Below are positions 1 to 13,100 of a DNA stretch of 64,000 bases, in pieces (position 1 is the stretch's first letter; every line of letters starts with the position of its first letter). The stretch is from Klebsormidium nitens (Eukaryota > Plantae > Klebsormidiophyceae), in assembly GCA_000708835.1 (NCBI GenBank), contig DF237055.1, positions 1 to 64,000 on the forward strand. Reading direction: 5' to 3'. The notes under the pieces are model-generated. The model did no database searches and was not told the DNA's origin. It was given only the letters and a program-made list of their open reading frames with translations. The position numbers and the translations under genes were made by a program.

Positions 1-1
1 G

Positions 2-335
2 ATTTTCGCCAGATTTTCGCCATTTAGTGTCTGGGAAGGGAATTTCGCCGGCCTGGCGAAAATGGTCAGGCCGTCAGCCAATTCTTACATGCTCGGGTGC
101 TCCCACCCGCCTTGACGAATCTTAACCCTGCTCAGAACCCCGTACTTTACCTTTTCCTGCACGTTTTCAATTGACTCTCTAGAGACAACGAAACAACTTG
201 GTCGGTACATGAATTTTTGGTGCCGGGACACTCTACCGGCCACAACTGCCGCTGGGATTTTCGCCATTAGTGTCATTTTCGCCAATTAGTATCTGGGAGC
301 TCCTATTTAGTGTATTCCAAGATTTATTTTCGCCA
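2..335. repeat. Cluster of the 10-mer ATTTTCGCCA with associated TTAGTGT/CTGGG words; possible subterminal repeats of a DNA transposon truncated by the window edge
   Basis: Perfect direct copies at 2-11, 13-22, 257-266, 275-284 and 326-335. Inverted copy TGGCGAAAAT at 54-63 and an imperfect copy at 42-49; these two can form a small hairpin. The transposon interpretation is inference. Confidence 0.6.
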
Positions 336-1188
336 CGATCACTGGGACTCGGAAGTTTGGCTGCATGCAACAAGCTTGCTCCTAGTAGTAGGGGCCCTGA
401 CAGGCACTATGGACGCTACATACTTAGCCACGTGGTGAAAATGACGCGTTCGCAGCCGTCCGTTACAGCACAACAGCAAACGCGCGCGCCAAAGGAAGTA
501 TTGGATCAGTTCCGCATACAAATGCAATGGGTTTATGGTTCCCCATGCAACATTTGACATTGACAGTTGCCAGAGTACTGTAGTCTGTGCTGCACTTGGG
601 ACGACGCGCCAGAAATATCTTTCTGAAAGAGTCAGAAACAACTTGCTTGTTACCCTTTCGAGCATTCTGACCTCAACCTCAAGTGGCCTGAAGCAAGCCA
701 TTGCAGCAGAGGGCGCTCTGGTCGCGGCTTTGAAGTCTGGATCGGATGGCTTTGGTCGTCAGGTTATGTATGCTTCGTATTTGTACTGACTTTGTGAAAG
801 TGGAACTGCATCATTGAACCAGCTGAAGTGTCAACACAGAATGGATGAGATTGCATCCTGGCAATTTGTATGTTGCCCGATAGCGATAGGCAGGAGGGCG
901 CCCATGAGCTCAAGAAGTTGAATAGAGATGACCTTTCAGTGACAAGCTCTGCTTAGAAAACTGCAAGCTGACTAAAGACATCAGGAAAAACTTCCCAAAT
1001 GTCTTATTTTGTCTGCCCGCACCCGGGCAGCTGCACAGCTAAGATACAAGCTTCATATGCCGGCAAAATCCTGGCCCCCAAATTAGGGTTCCACGTTGAT
1101 CTTTGCTGGAGGGCCTGTTTGAGAGCTCAGCGCTGATGCTAACATCCAAGAGGTTAGTTCAGCTGCCCGGCAAAGGGTTTCGGTAAAC

Positions 1189-4100
1189 ATGGTGCCTCAC
1201 GAGGAGCAGGCAGATGGGCCTGGCGAAAGAGCTGAGGCAATCGAGGAAGGTGGCAAAGAGTGGCCTCTTCTATCGCCAGTGTATCCTTGCCTGCGCTGAG
1301 CTCAGACTTCGAATCTGTTTGGTCATCTGAGCCCTTTCTTGAAAATCCTACAGTATCTGCTCCTTTCAGTATCTAACTCCTGAACTTACTGTTTTGTTTG
1401 ATATATTGAAGAAGCTAACGCAAGCAGTCAGAGGGGTTTGGCCAGAGGGAGATTGCTCCGCAGATAGCTTGGTGACACACACGACCACTGGTATGCGGCT
1501 GCCATATACATTTCTGGATATTTCAAGCGACTCCGTGATCTCAACTCACTGGTTGATTGATAGCTTGACCTAGATCAAAGACCTCATCACGGCTTCTTTT
1601 GGCGAGTACGTAGGTGTGAACCTGACATTTGTCAAAAGGTAGAGCGTCTCGCAAGTGGATCAAACATTACTGCTCATAACATGTGGTGGTAAGGTTGCGC
1701 ACAAGCAGAATTGATAGTCTAGCTGCGTCGCTGAGAACACCTCCCCAGCATATCGAAAATAACTGAAGAACAAAGTAACACGCAAAGTTTAGTATGAACC
1801 TTTTTAATAATCTACAGGCAGAATAAAGTGCCAGCGGAGAACGGCCTCACATTTGGCACTCGCCCTCATTTCCTCAACCAAAGCACCACACAACTACAAT
1901 GTGAACTCATTTTTCTCTGTGCAAAATATTTCACCTTGTGGTTCCCTGTCCTTGACCAAACACGTTAACAGCTTCGCCCTTGGCGCCGATGTCAGCATCC
2001 GCACCCCCGTCCACTATTTGGACGGTCACCGCGTCCTGTATGCGGTCGGCTGCCAGGTGGCACTCCTTGACCACGAGCAGCATTCAATGCACTTTTTGCC
2101 GGACCTGAGGGGCGCCAAGATCACGTGCTTGGCGCTGGCGTACAATCGCAAGTACGTGGCAGTGGTGGAGAAGGGGGCCGCCGATGAGGGAGCTCAGGTG
2201 AGTGACGTCAGCGGTGCATGGGTGACGTCAGCGATGGTGCTTGGATGTGTCAGCATAGGGGACAATGGCGGTGGGGCTGTGTCCGGCAACATCGGGAGAA
2301 GTGTGGTACAGCACAGGGGCTTGCGTTCTGGGACGAATCGTACGCAACACGGCTACTGTCGTGGTTTTCAGGTGGGCATTGTATGTGCAGAAAGCAGGAC
2401 AAAGAGCTTCGTCGGTTGTTGATGTTGGGAGAAGCGAGTGGACGTTATGATTGCATAACGCGTCCGTCAGTGAATGCGGGGCACTTCTCATAAGCCCTGT
2501 CATGGGGCCCCTAGGCTTCAAATGTCTGAATCGATCACTGAAAAGAAATGTCACTGCTAAGATTACCAAGTCCATTTGATGCAAGCCTCTTGTTGAATCG
2601 GTTTGCTCTCTGCACAGCATTGCACCAGACACCGAAGGCTTCGCTTGCGAACTTGAACCGGGAGGGGCCCGTGTGGTTCAAATGATCCGAAGCTGTTAGA
2701 CGATCGTCCGACTTTTGCATCCTATGGATACACACTTCATCATCATAAGTAGGTCAAACGGACTTCCGCACAACGCACAACGGCCCCCACATGTGAACAT
2801 GAAGCCTCCTTCCTATCTCCTGCAACAAAATCTTACAACCCACTCCCAACATTCCAGACCGGAAGTCAGAAGATCAAACAAATGCGCATTATATTCTCTC
2901 CAGATCTCTATCTACGGTAACCAGGGCAAGTGGAAGCGGGTCAGGACCATAACCCTGACTGCGGAGGTGTGCCCTTCCAAGGACGTAACCTGCCTGTCGT
3001 TCAGTTCGGACAACAAGTACCTGGTTACCGTTGGGGGCGACCCGGATTGGACTCTGCTGTATTGGCGATGGGCGTCTGGGAAGGTAAGAAGTCGATGTGC
3101 TTTTTGCCGGCACACTTTGTCATGGACTGCTTTCTGGGGCTCGTAGTTCTGGTAACTGACCGGAAGAAGCAGTATGCGTGAGCTCTTGTTCTCATCCGTT
3201 GAACAGTAGGACTCTTATGAAGGGGGGACTGATGGAAAACGCAAGTTGGTGAATAGTAGTCAATCACACGTGCGGAACGTAGCCGCTGTGAAGTAAAGCA
3301 GTATCCCTTCACGAGAACGATAGGCATAGGCAGCTCTAAGGCCTTCATTGAGCAATGCCTGCAGCATTGCTTCTTCATTCCCACTGTCCGAAGGGAGTGT
3401 CAGACCGCCGGGGCTTAACCACCGGGTGAACGAAGCCGTTTGCGGGACAGAGGCAGATCCCAGAGCACAACGATTGGCAAGAAGAGGCCTTGGACTAGTG
3501 TCTTACCGGATTTTGAGCAGCCCGTAAAATCTCCGAGAATCATTTCTCACTTTTCTCGGCCGTTAGCGCGCTCCAGAGGAGAGTTCGCAAACATGCTGAA
3601 TACAAGGAAGCGCAACGTTCCTCATCTGCCAATCCCTGCGGAGAGAAGATCCCGTGCGTCTTTAAACGGCTCGCCCATTACAGAAAAGTAAACGTCCTAT
3701 CATTTCTTCACACTCGACCCTTTTTGGCCGCAGGTCGTGGGTTCGTACAAGATTGGGAATGCCAAAGATGACCCGACGGTGAAACGGCTGTACTGCAATC
3801 CTTGGGAGCATAGCACCGTCGCGGCCAGGTAAGCGGGGGTGTGAAGTGGGGAGCAAAATCACAACCCACCATATTGGTCAACGGTACAAGCCTTGCAGGA
3901 AGGAGCACAGGAGAAAGTTGTTAGGAAACTTGAAAACGTAATAAATATGTGGACTGAAGACGTACTTGAAACAGAGACTTCGAAGGGTTTCTATGAATGC
4001 TTTAGAAGTTTCCTTAACGTGCTTCTCCGCAGATTGAAGAAGCGCTAGTTTTGCAGTACGCAGGAGAGCCAAGGAAACTTCCCTCAGGCTCTAACTACAC

Positions 4101-7100
4101 ACCGTTGCTCGTTCATTGTTATATATCTCCGCCTCTTTCTAACAGCCCAGTTTGCTGACGTCCGGAACGTCCGAATTAGCTTAGGATATGGGCTCATTCC
4201 TCGGTCGACGCTTTCCTTCGCAGTGGCCCAAAAGAGCTTCGGATTTTCAAGCTCCCAAAGGAAGAGTCGGCGGTCAAAGTCACGCAGCCGACGTTCGTGG
4301 TAAAGGGCGAAGCGCCACGCTTCAAAGGGGAGATTACGGACCACGTTTGGCTGGTGAGCTGGCGGTTGGTTGCGTCAGAGTACGTGATTATGAAACAGTA
4401 ATTCACAAAGCTAAATCGCTTGGATGCCGGTCTTGAACGCTCCGGTTGGTGAGCCGTTCCGATCGGTCGCTGCGATACCGTACAGCCCCGTAAAATGCAC
4501 TGAGCACGAGAGTTACTAACTTTGAGCGGACCGTTCAAAGCAACAAGCAGGAGACGATAATAGACAGAACAAAGATGCATATACATTTTCCTACAATCAT
4601 CCAACTTTCGAGCAGATGACAACCTACTACTGCACTCGCATCTTTGGCAGGGGCGCTAAGGTACTAAGAAGCTTCGAACGCAGGTGTTTACCTCCTACGT
4701 CCCTACGTCATCCAAACCCTCACCCGTCGTCATTCCAATGTGCGCGCGCGGTTGCAGGAGCCAGAGAGCCTGGCCTTCAGCACTGACGTCGGCTCCGTCG
4801 TCATCGTGAGCCGCGACGCCGTGGCGGCGACGTTCGAAACCCCAAACCCCTGCACCATCACCGCGCTCGCGCGCGTCGGCAAGGGTTTCCTGGCCGCGGA
4901 CCGGCGCGGCCGCTGCAACCTGTTCGAGCTGGTGAGATTTTGGAGCTTCATCCGTCTGGGTTTGATTCTTCGTGAATCTCCATAACTTCTTGTCGGAAAC
5001 AGGGTGTAGCCTTCCTGCTTGCACCCTGTTTGTGGAGGTCGGTCTCATGCCCCATAATATGAAGGCTCTAAAGTTCGAGGGCTTCGAAAGATATCCTCGA
5101 CCCTGCGATCTCAATGACGTCTCCATCGCATTGGTCATCCTCTTTATGATTAAGCACAATGTAGGCCCTCCCGCCGTCGAAGCTGATGGTTTCAAGCTTC
5201 TGGAGAATGTCAGCCTCTTGGAATCTTTGTATGTTGACCCGCATGCGACATTACACAACAACCCTGCGTTTCCTCTGCAGGTGGTGTCGGACAGTGGGAA
5301 GCCGTCCTACGTCGCTTCGAGCTCCTACCACGCTCTCAAGGATGGCCAGGTGTGGATCTTTTTTCGACATCGGATCCACTGCTGTGTCCCTTTGTTTTCC
5401 AGAACACTGATTTCCGTACTTTTTCCGGTTCCTTCGGCCATCCGCTTTCCGTTTGCGCCCGGCTCCTCCACAGTTTTGATCGAGGTTTGCTTTGATTTCT
5501 CCCCTTCTTTCTCTCCGTATGCCTGGTATCTGGATCCGGAGTAGCTGGGCAGGTAGTGTCTAAACTCCCGGTCGTATTTCGATGTCAACCTTCACATAAC
5601 ATCAGTTCGTTTTCCTTCAGAAAAACGATCGTTTGTTTCTTTGGTCCTTGTTGCATTCATCCGTCTATACTCGGCCTGCGAACGATTCCCGACCCTTGCT
5701 CTCTTTGCTTTGGCGAAGTGGTGTTTCCGTCCGCCCTTCCGTCCTTTCCCCGGTCCGTCCTCACCGTTCCAGTTCCCTCGATCTGCTGCTGCCTTTGGAT
5801 GAAACGCTATTGGAGTCCAGCCGCGTGCGTGCTGGACTCCAATGAGCAGGCGTACTGGTTTCCGTTTCCTCCCGAACCAACCTGACCGTTCCGTTCCGCT
5901 CGTTCCGCTGCAGAGCATCCGCAGCCTGCGGATGAGCCCCCTGGAGGAGCAGGCGGCATGCGCGCTCGATTCCGGGAACCTCGCGATGCTGACCGTCGCG
6001 GGGCCGTCGGTGGCGGACTGGGCCTTCTCGTTGCTTTACCGGGGCTTCCACCAGGTAAACGAGCTCAACTTTCCAAAAGAGACTTTGATTTCCACCGCTT
6101 ATTTCATTAAATAAGTTGCGGAGGCGTTCCCTGGATCTATTATAGACAGATACGTAAAGGGCCAGGGGGCTGCTACAAGTGAGTGAAAGGAAGCTAGCCA
6201 CTTGCGAAAAAGGATGTATGGGTCGTCAAAGGTAAAAATCTTGATATGGAGAGAAGGAGAGAAGCGGCGGGAATGAAGCCGTGCTGCAAACGACTTCAGC
6301 GCAGGGACAGAAGCAAAGATGCAGACAGGGAGAGGGTGTTTGGCGTTTGCGCTGCCTGGTTTCTGCTACCCCCGTTAGGAATTCGATTCGGGATTATCTC
6401 TCGCCGTCGTGAATCCTGCAACCACATGACGACGAAGCTGAAAGGGTGTAGATGAATACTGCAGTCCACCCCGTCTCTTTACTCCGACATATACCGAGCC
6501 AGACTGTTCTTTCTACGAGTATGTTCACCAAGAATGTGTGGGAAGGTCAGAAGCAACACGGTGTTGAATGTTTCGGTCTTAAGGCCTCTGAGCTCTTCCA
6601 GCATCATAAATATCTCAGCCGATGCTTACAACTGCCTCTGCCGTTCGCAGGGGCCCTCATACGGTGTCGACGTGGCGCTCCAGCGGCCGTTGATCGCCAC
6701 CTTTGGCATGGATCAGACCGTTCGCATTTGGAACTTCGTGGACCGGCAGTGCGTGCTGGCGAAGCAACTAGAGGAGGACGTTTTCTGCCTTGCGCTCCAC
6801 CCGTCCGGACTGTCCGTAGTGTTGGGGTTCCGTGACAAGCTGCGCCTTTTTCACGTACTTGCGGACGATCTGCTGCTCGTCCGGGAGTTTCACATGCCGG
6901 GTTGTAAACAGGTGAGGTCGTCCGATTCCTTCTGCTGAGTGTCCGGATTGCGGTCGGATCACGTTCGTTGGGTTTGATTGTCCGAAGGCGTGTTTTTGGG
7001 TGTCGGCATTTGCAATGGTCGAGCAACCAACCTGGTTCCTAAGAAAACCACCCTCTTCGTCACCTGAGATAAAACTCAACTAGAATTTCTTTTTCCACCT

Positions 7101-10100
7101 CTTCCAGGTCTCCTTCAGTCACAGCGGTCACCTCTTTGTTGCTTCCAACGCCACCACCAGCCAGGTGTTCAACGCGTATACGTCGACAACCGTGGGCACC
7201 CTACGTGGCCACACGGCAGCCGTCCGATCCGCCTCCTGGGCGGCCAACGATCAACGGCTCGTGACCGTCGGATTGGACGGAGCAGCGTATGAGTGGAAGA
7301 TGGACAGCTACGCGCGCGACCAGAGCACGGAAAACGTCGTCAAAAGCGTACAGGTGAGCGCGTAGGCTATGCAACTCGGATGGCTAATGTTGATGGATGG
7401 CTCACATCAGCAATATGTGATGATCAAAAATGTGATCGTTTGCGAGGTGTTCAGTATCTGCTTCTTACGTCTGCAAACGGTCTGAAAGGCATCACTGCAA
7501 ACTGACTGTAAGAAGGCGGTAGCTCCTGAGAGTTTCTCGACAAGGTTGTGGTTGACGTGAGTGACGAAGCAGCTCAAAAGTAAAATGAAACTCTTCGCAG
7601 TTCATCAGTTTTGTTGAGAATACGTTAAGAATAGTTCTGCGATACTGGCATACATTTTGCAGAAATTATGTTCACTTCCACCTTGTCTTTGAAGCAGCCT
7701 CAGAAAGCTCAGCAAACAACTGTAAACATTCTTTGAGGTCTCAACAAATAAGTCGACTTCCGTGTGACTAAGCAGTAGAATCACCGCATTCGGGTAGATA
7801 CAAGGCGTGTTGTTTCATTGTACGTGGGATATGTACCACAATGAAACAACACGCCTACTTTCTGAAAAGCCTCCGTCATTGTGTGCATCAAATATGGGTT
7901 ATAACAGGTTATAACAGGGTTTAGATATATGGGGTGAAATTAGTTTTTCGAAACTCAATGCTAACATATATCTGAACCCTGTTCTCCCCCCGCAGTACTC
8001 TTGCGTCGCATACGGCCGGCCCGGCGGCCCCCCCTTCTACGTCACCGCCGGACGCGACAAGATCTGCCGGCTGCGGCACATGATCAACGGCGCCTGCGAG
8101 CACGAGATCAAGATCGACGGCTGTCAGATCACGGCGCTCGCGCTGGTGGATCACAACAAAACGCTGCTCGCCGCGACGGACGAAGGCGCGGTCCGGGTTT
8201 ACCCATGGTTTGGGAACAAGCACCCCGGGGAGTGGTCGGGGGAGAAGCCCGGGCGGTTCGAGGAGCTGCGGCTGCACCAGGTAAGAAAACCTCAAACGCT
8301 AAAACCCTAAAACCCTAAAACCCGGGGAGGCAGGATTGTCTCTCGCCTTGTACTTCATCTCTGTCTGGGCCAGTCGATCAGGCTTTCTCTTGCAGCGTCT
8401 AATAGAGCAGCGCTTATTAAGACAGGTAAGAGATAGGGGTCGGGAGAGGACCGGGCGCTCTTAAGGAGCTGCGGCTGCACCAAGCGATGAAATGGGGAAC
8501 GCCAATTTATTTCACGCTCACTTCTGTCGCCATTCCCAGGGCATTCTGCCAGGCTGCGTTTTCCGGAGCGTCCCGTGAGTGGCATAAACGAAAAGGGCAG
8601 AATGTGGATAAGTTCCATCAATGCAGATGCAAATGCAGTCCCTACAGTACTTCTAACGAGCTTTTTGTGAATGCAACTGTTGGACCATTTTGTTCGACTC
8701 TCAAAACTAAAGTGCCCTCGAACAGTGGATGTTCCAGCCTCTCCAGGGCCAGCGCACGGCTTTACGGGTCCTTCACGAATCACACGTGTAGACATAGGAC
8801 CACCTCTGCAACCCTAAATGCTAAGATTTGAAGGACTGCAAGAACCTTCAGGTTTTCAAAAGCCCAGAATGTCGAAAGAAGGTGAATGATACGGACTTGT
8901 TGCTAATATTCTCATCGCGCAGGGTGCCATTACATCCATGTGCGTCTCCCCCGACCAGTCCTTCCTCTTCACCACCGGGGAGGACGGCTCCGTCTTCACG
9001 TGCGACATCCGGACGGAAGCGGAACGCTCCGCTCCGCCGCGGAGTTCCGGCGAGCGGTGGGCGTTCGGACCGGACGCGTGCCTGGTGAACCGGGAGGACT
9101 GGCGAGAAGTCGTCGGATCGGTGGACGATCTGAAGGGGCAGATCGAGTCATTGCAACGGCGGATGGAGTACCAGAGCATGGTGCAGGAGAACAAGTGAGT
9201 GTTAACAAGGTTTGCTTCAAGATTTCTCTTTTACGGATTGTAAAGAATTCAAGTCTCGGAGATCCGAAAGTTCCTTGTTCTGTTTGCGGAGTACCGGACC
9301 TTAGGGCCCAACGGAAAAGAGGTACTTGAGTAGAACTTGAAGGGGCATTTCGAAAAGTTGCGGGGAGGTATCAAAGCATGTCGCAGGAAAGGAAGTCGGG
9401 GGTTTTTAGTTTCTCTTGCGGGGCTTTCGGATTTCTGGGGTTTCAAAATTGACCAGGTAATCAGCAGCAACCCGGCTAGGGTAGGTGAACTGCAGAATTT
9501 TTAGGAGGTAAAAGCAGCATAAAGGCAGCATAATCAGAGTGTGTGCGGAAACCGAAAGGTGGTTTTCCCTGTTGGTAAAAGACTGCTTTGAAAAGCAAGA
9601 ATCCACTAAAGTGTAAACACGGCCGCTTTCGCATGCTTGTAGTGTAATAGCGTCCGTTGCTGAGAGGGGTCCCGAATATGAGCTAGAACACACTGCCAGA
9701 CTGGGCCGCTCGCTGTAACGACGGTGAAATCGATTATCTCTATTGAAGACAATTTATTGCCACGCTGACAACCACTTACTCCCTGTTTCGGTCCACGTCG
9801 TTCATTCCGCTGAGCCGCCTTCCGTTTTTCAGGCGGAAGGAGCAGGTGGCAGCCGCCGAAGCCGAGACGGAAGCGGTGAAACGATCCGCCGAGAAATCCA
9901 TTGACGATGTGAAGGAGGCAACGGAACGGCTAAAGGAGGTAAGCCCACTGGTTTCACATAGGAATTTTGCAAAGGATGAATCCAGCCTGTTTTGATGAAA
10001 ACGTAAACGAGGCAGGAAGAAACGCGGTATTTTTTTTGGTTGGATTGCGGAAACTAGTCCAGCGCGAATCCGACGCAGAGTTTTCACGGTGCTCGACAGA

Positions 10101-13100
10101 ACTTGAGCACCGCGCGGATCGATCAGGCTTTCAACGCTCAAGTTTTGAGAAATCCATTCCAGTACTTGAACACCGGCGCGTTTCGCACTCTCAAAGACTT
10201 CTGACCTCTTATACCTCGAGCGAACGTCTGTCAGAGCCCATCAAAAGCCTTTGCAGAAACGTTCGTTCCGCAAGGATTCTAGTATCCACGACATGTTAGA
10301 CATACCTAGATCTTATCGAGAGAGCTTAAATTCGTTCCAAGCACTACGAATAATAGGTCAGAAACGGAAGGATCAGTTTAACAGAGCATCCTATTCATCC
10401 ATATTCTCGCAAGTAGGACCACTTGCGGCCTCCACAAAGACTTGCAGATTTAAGTAGGGCTCAGCTATCTCTGCTCAACCTTTTTCAATTTTATCAACTC
10501 TAGGTGATGTCTCTTGTAAGCCCCGCTAAACCCCACGCCCGCAGGAGCGCGCGGCAGCTGCGGCGTCTCAAGAACACGTGTATTTTTGACTACAAGTGTC
10601 CTGATGTCATCGCCCCCTGTCTTGAGGTTGGATTCTTTCTAACTTCGGTAACCAATCCCGCTAACCACTCGCGCGCAGGACCACGCGCGGCAGCTGAGCC
10701 TGCTCAAGGACGCGACAATTTGAGTAAAGAATCGTGGGGAATCAAACCTTTCGACGATTATCCTCGCTAGTCTGTGACGTAACCAGCAACCGCTATCAAA
10801 CCCGGCAGATGCCATAAAACCCGCCAAACCCTGCGCGCAGGACCACGCGCGGCAGCTGCGCCTGCTCAAGGACGCGCAGCTCAAAACCTCGGCGCACGTG
10901 GAGGCCGAGCACGCGGCCGCGCTCGAGAAGGCCGCCGAACGGCTCGCGCGAGCCCAGGGCGAGCTGGAGGAGGAGCGCGCGGCGGCCGTGCGCGCGATTG
11001 AGGGCGGCCGCGCGCGCGCCGCGCAGGATATCGCGGCTCTGAAGGAGGACCTCGACGCGGAGAAGGCGCGCGCGCGCGCGCAGGTTGAGGACGCGCGGCG
11101 GCTCGCGGAGGAGGCGCGGCGCGAGGCGGAGGAGCGGAGGAAACAGCTGGTATGGGGCTACGATGATTTTCTCCCACATCTAGATTGCAACACAAGATCC
11201 ACAACTGCGGCAGCATTCGCTTTCAGGAAAACTGCTGCTGCTCCTTTGGGAAGCCCGGATTGCTCTCATGCGAGACTTGCAGAAACACCCAAAGAAGGGG
11301 AAAGAAATTGTCTTGAAAATCGTTTGAATCTTGAACCACTAAACCAGGGCCAGATTGTCACGACCAATCCGTTAGCTCGGTTCCAAACTCTTTTCATCAT
11401 CTGCATAAACGATCCAGGCCAACAAGAGTATTTGTGGAACAAATAAGATTGGATCTCTAAGGTTTAGGGCTTTTGAAGGTCGTTGACTGAAGGGAGTCGA
11501 AGGCTTGTCAGCAAGGCATTGCAATAAGGTCAGCGGAGTTAGAGAGGGGCAGATCGCAACAATTAATTCTTCCATAGTCGTTTTGACCAGGCGCAGCTAC
11601 TGTTTGCTTTCGTTCAAACGCTTTTCTACTCGATGACGTTCAAACTTACCGGACGTCATACTCAAAACGATGCCTTCTTGCTGACGTCATATGTAACCCT
11701 CTCCAGGACGAAGAATTCGAGATAGTGGCTAACCGGAACGATCTCCGGCGGGATGAGCAGCGGATCGAGGCGGAACGGAAGGAGTCCGAGCTGCGCGCGC
11801 GCACGAGCATTGTGCGCCGCGACCTCGACGGCGCGCTGCTCGCGAAGAGGATCGCGCAGGTGCGCGCGCATTCCCATCTCTACTCACTTTTCCAGTCTGC
11901 GCTACTTCCTGTTCCTCTAATTCCTCATTCTCTGCTACTTCCTCCTTCTCTGCTACTTCCTCATTTTTTTGCTACTGAGATAGTCAGAAGCCAAAAACAC
12001 AGTGTGGGTTAGGCAAAGCGCGCAAGAGCTGAACTGCCTAGATAACCAAAAACTCTGCATAAAGATTCTTATGTTTGGTGTGACTCCTTAGGACTCGTGT
12101 CCACCGCCTTTGAACTGCGCCCACTACCACCGCAGATCGCGTCAAAGGAAAATGTGATTCCCAACCGAGTTCCTTCCAGACCCTGTCTGAAAGCCTTCGT
12201 TATAGTTTGAAACCCCGTCCAACCCGGTGTCCCCATCGTCCGTCAAATCGCCGCCCAAACCGCCGTCCTAACCACCGACCTAACCCCTTCTTTCCTCAGG
12301 ACGAGCTGGCCAAGCGGGAGGAGGATCTCGCGAGCGCGCGCGCGCAGCTGCAGGACGCGGCCGCGAAGCACCAGTCGCTGCTCGCGGTGCTGGCGGAGCG
12401 GGAACAGTCGCTGCACACCATGGAGCAAACCCTGCGTAAGCGGCCTAACTGGCTCCTAACCCAGGCCAACCCCCTCTTAAACGTACTGTATCCTCGCAAA
12501 CCCGCTTTTGAATCGTTTCACCTTGCTTGGGGACATCCTTAACTCACTGAAAACGCTTCGAAAGCCGCTCAAACCCCTTCCTTGATACTTGTTGTCTCTT
12601 GCTGAATCTTTCTGTCCCTCGGGCCCATACCAATTGGGCAAGACTGTCTTTTGGTAGGTATTTTTTGCGAAGCTAGAAAGCCCAAAGCGCAACTAAGTCG
12701 ACAAAATCCATCAACGTTGGCCGTAAACCTGCGACTTTGAAGCTCGTCCTCAGTTGTTTCCAGACGGACGGACGACCGATCTAGTCTGCGGGTGTTCTTC
12801 ACGTCATCACCTGACCGATGTCCTGAACGTCTGTGAAAGAGTCAAGTTGTGTGTGACGAGTTTATTTCTTGGCGCTGCTCGTTCACTCGTTCATTTCTAT
12901 CTTTTCGTTAGATCCGTCAGATCTCTCTTTCGTCAAACCGGCGCCAACGAGACCTTGGAAGGTCACCGGTACCTAGCAAAAGTTTCTTCTTTCCCTCGTA
13001 CTGTGCGCGGCATGCCAAGATCATCAACACTAAACCCTAAAAGCCTAAAACCTCAAAACCCTAAAACCTGGATCATTACGGGTATCCCGTCCCCTCATTC

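Noticed and set aside
339-1120. Short ORFs possibly from a decayed hAT transposase
   Set aside because: Only vague resemblance (e.g. IRKNFPNV), with several stops and frameshifts and no clear CxxH or dimerisation motif.
1614-1688. Alternative first exons for CFAP57 (AAAAG|GTAGAG after 1638; ATGTGGTG|GTAAGG after 1688)
   Set aside because: Both are phase-compatible, but the acceptor at 1971 has U12 branch features that pair with the GTATCCTT donor at 1281, which also supplies an ATG and a better N-terminal match. Not fully excluded without cDNA.
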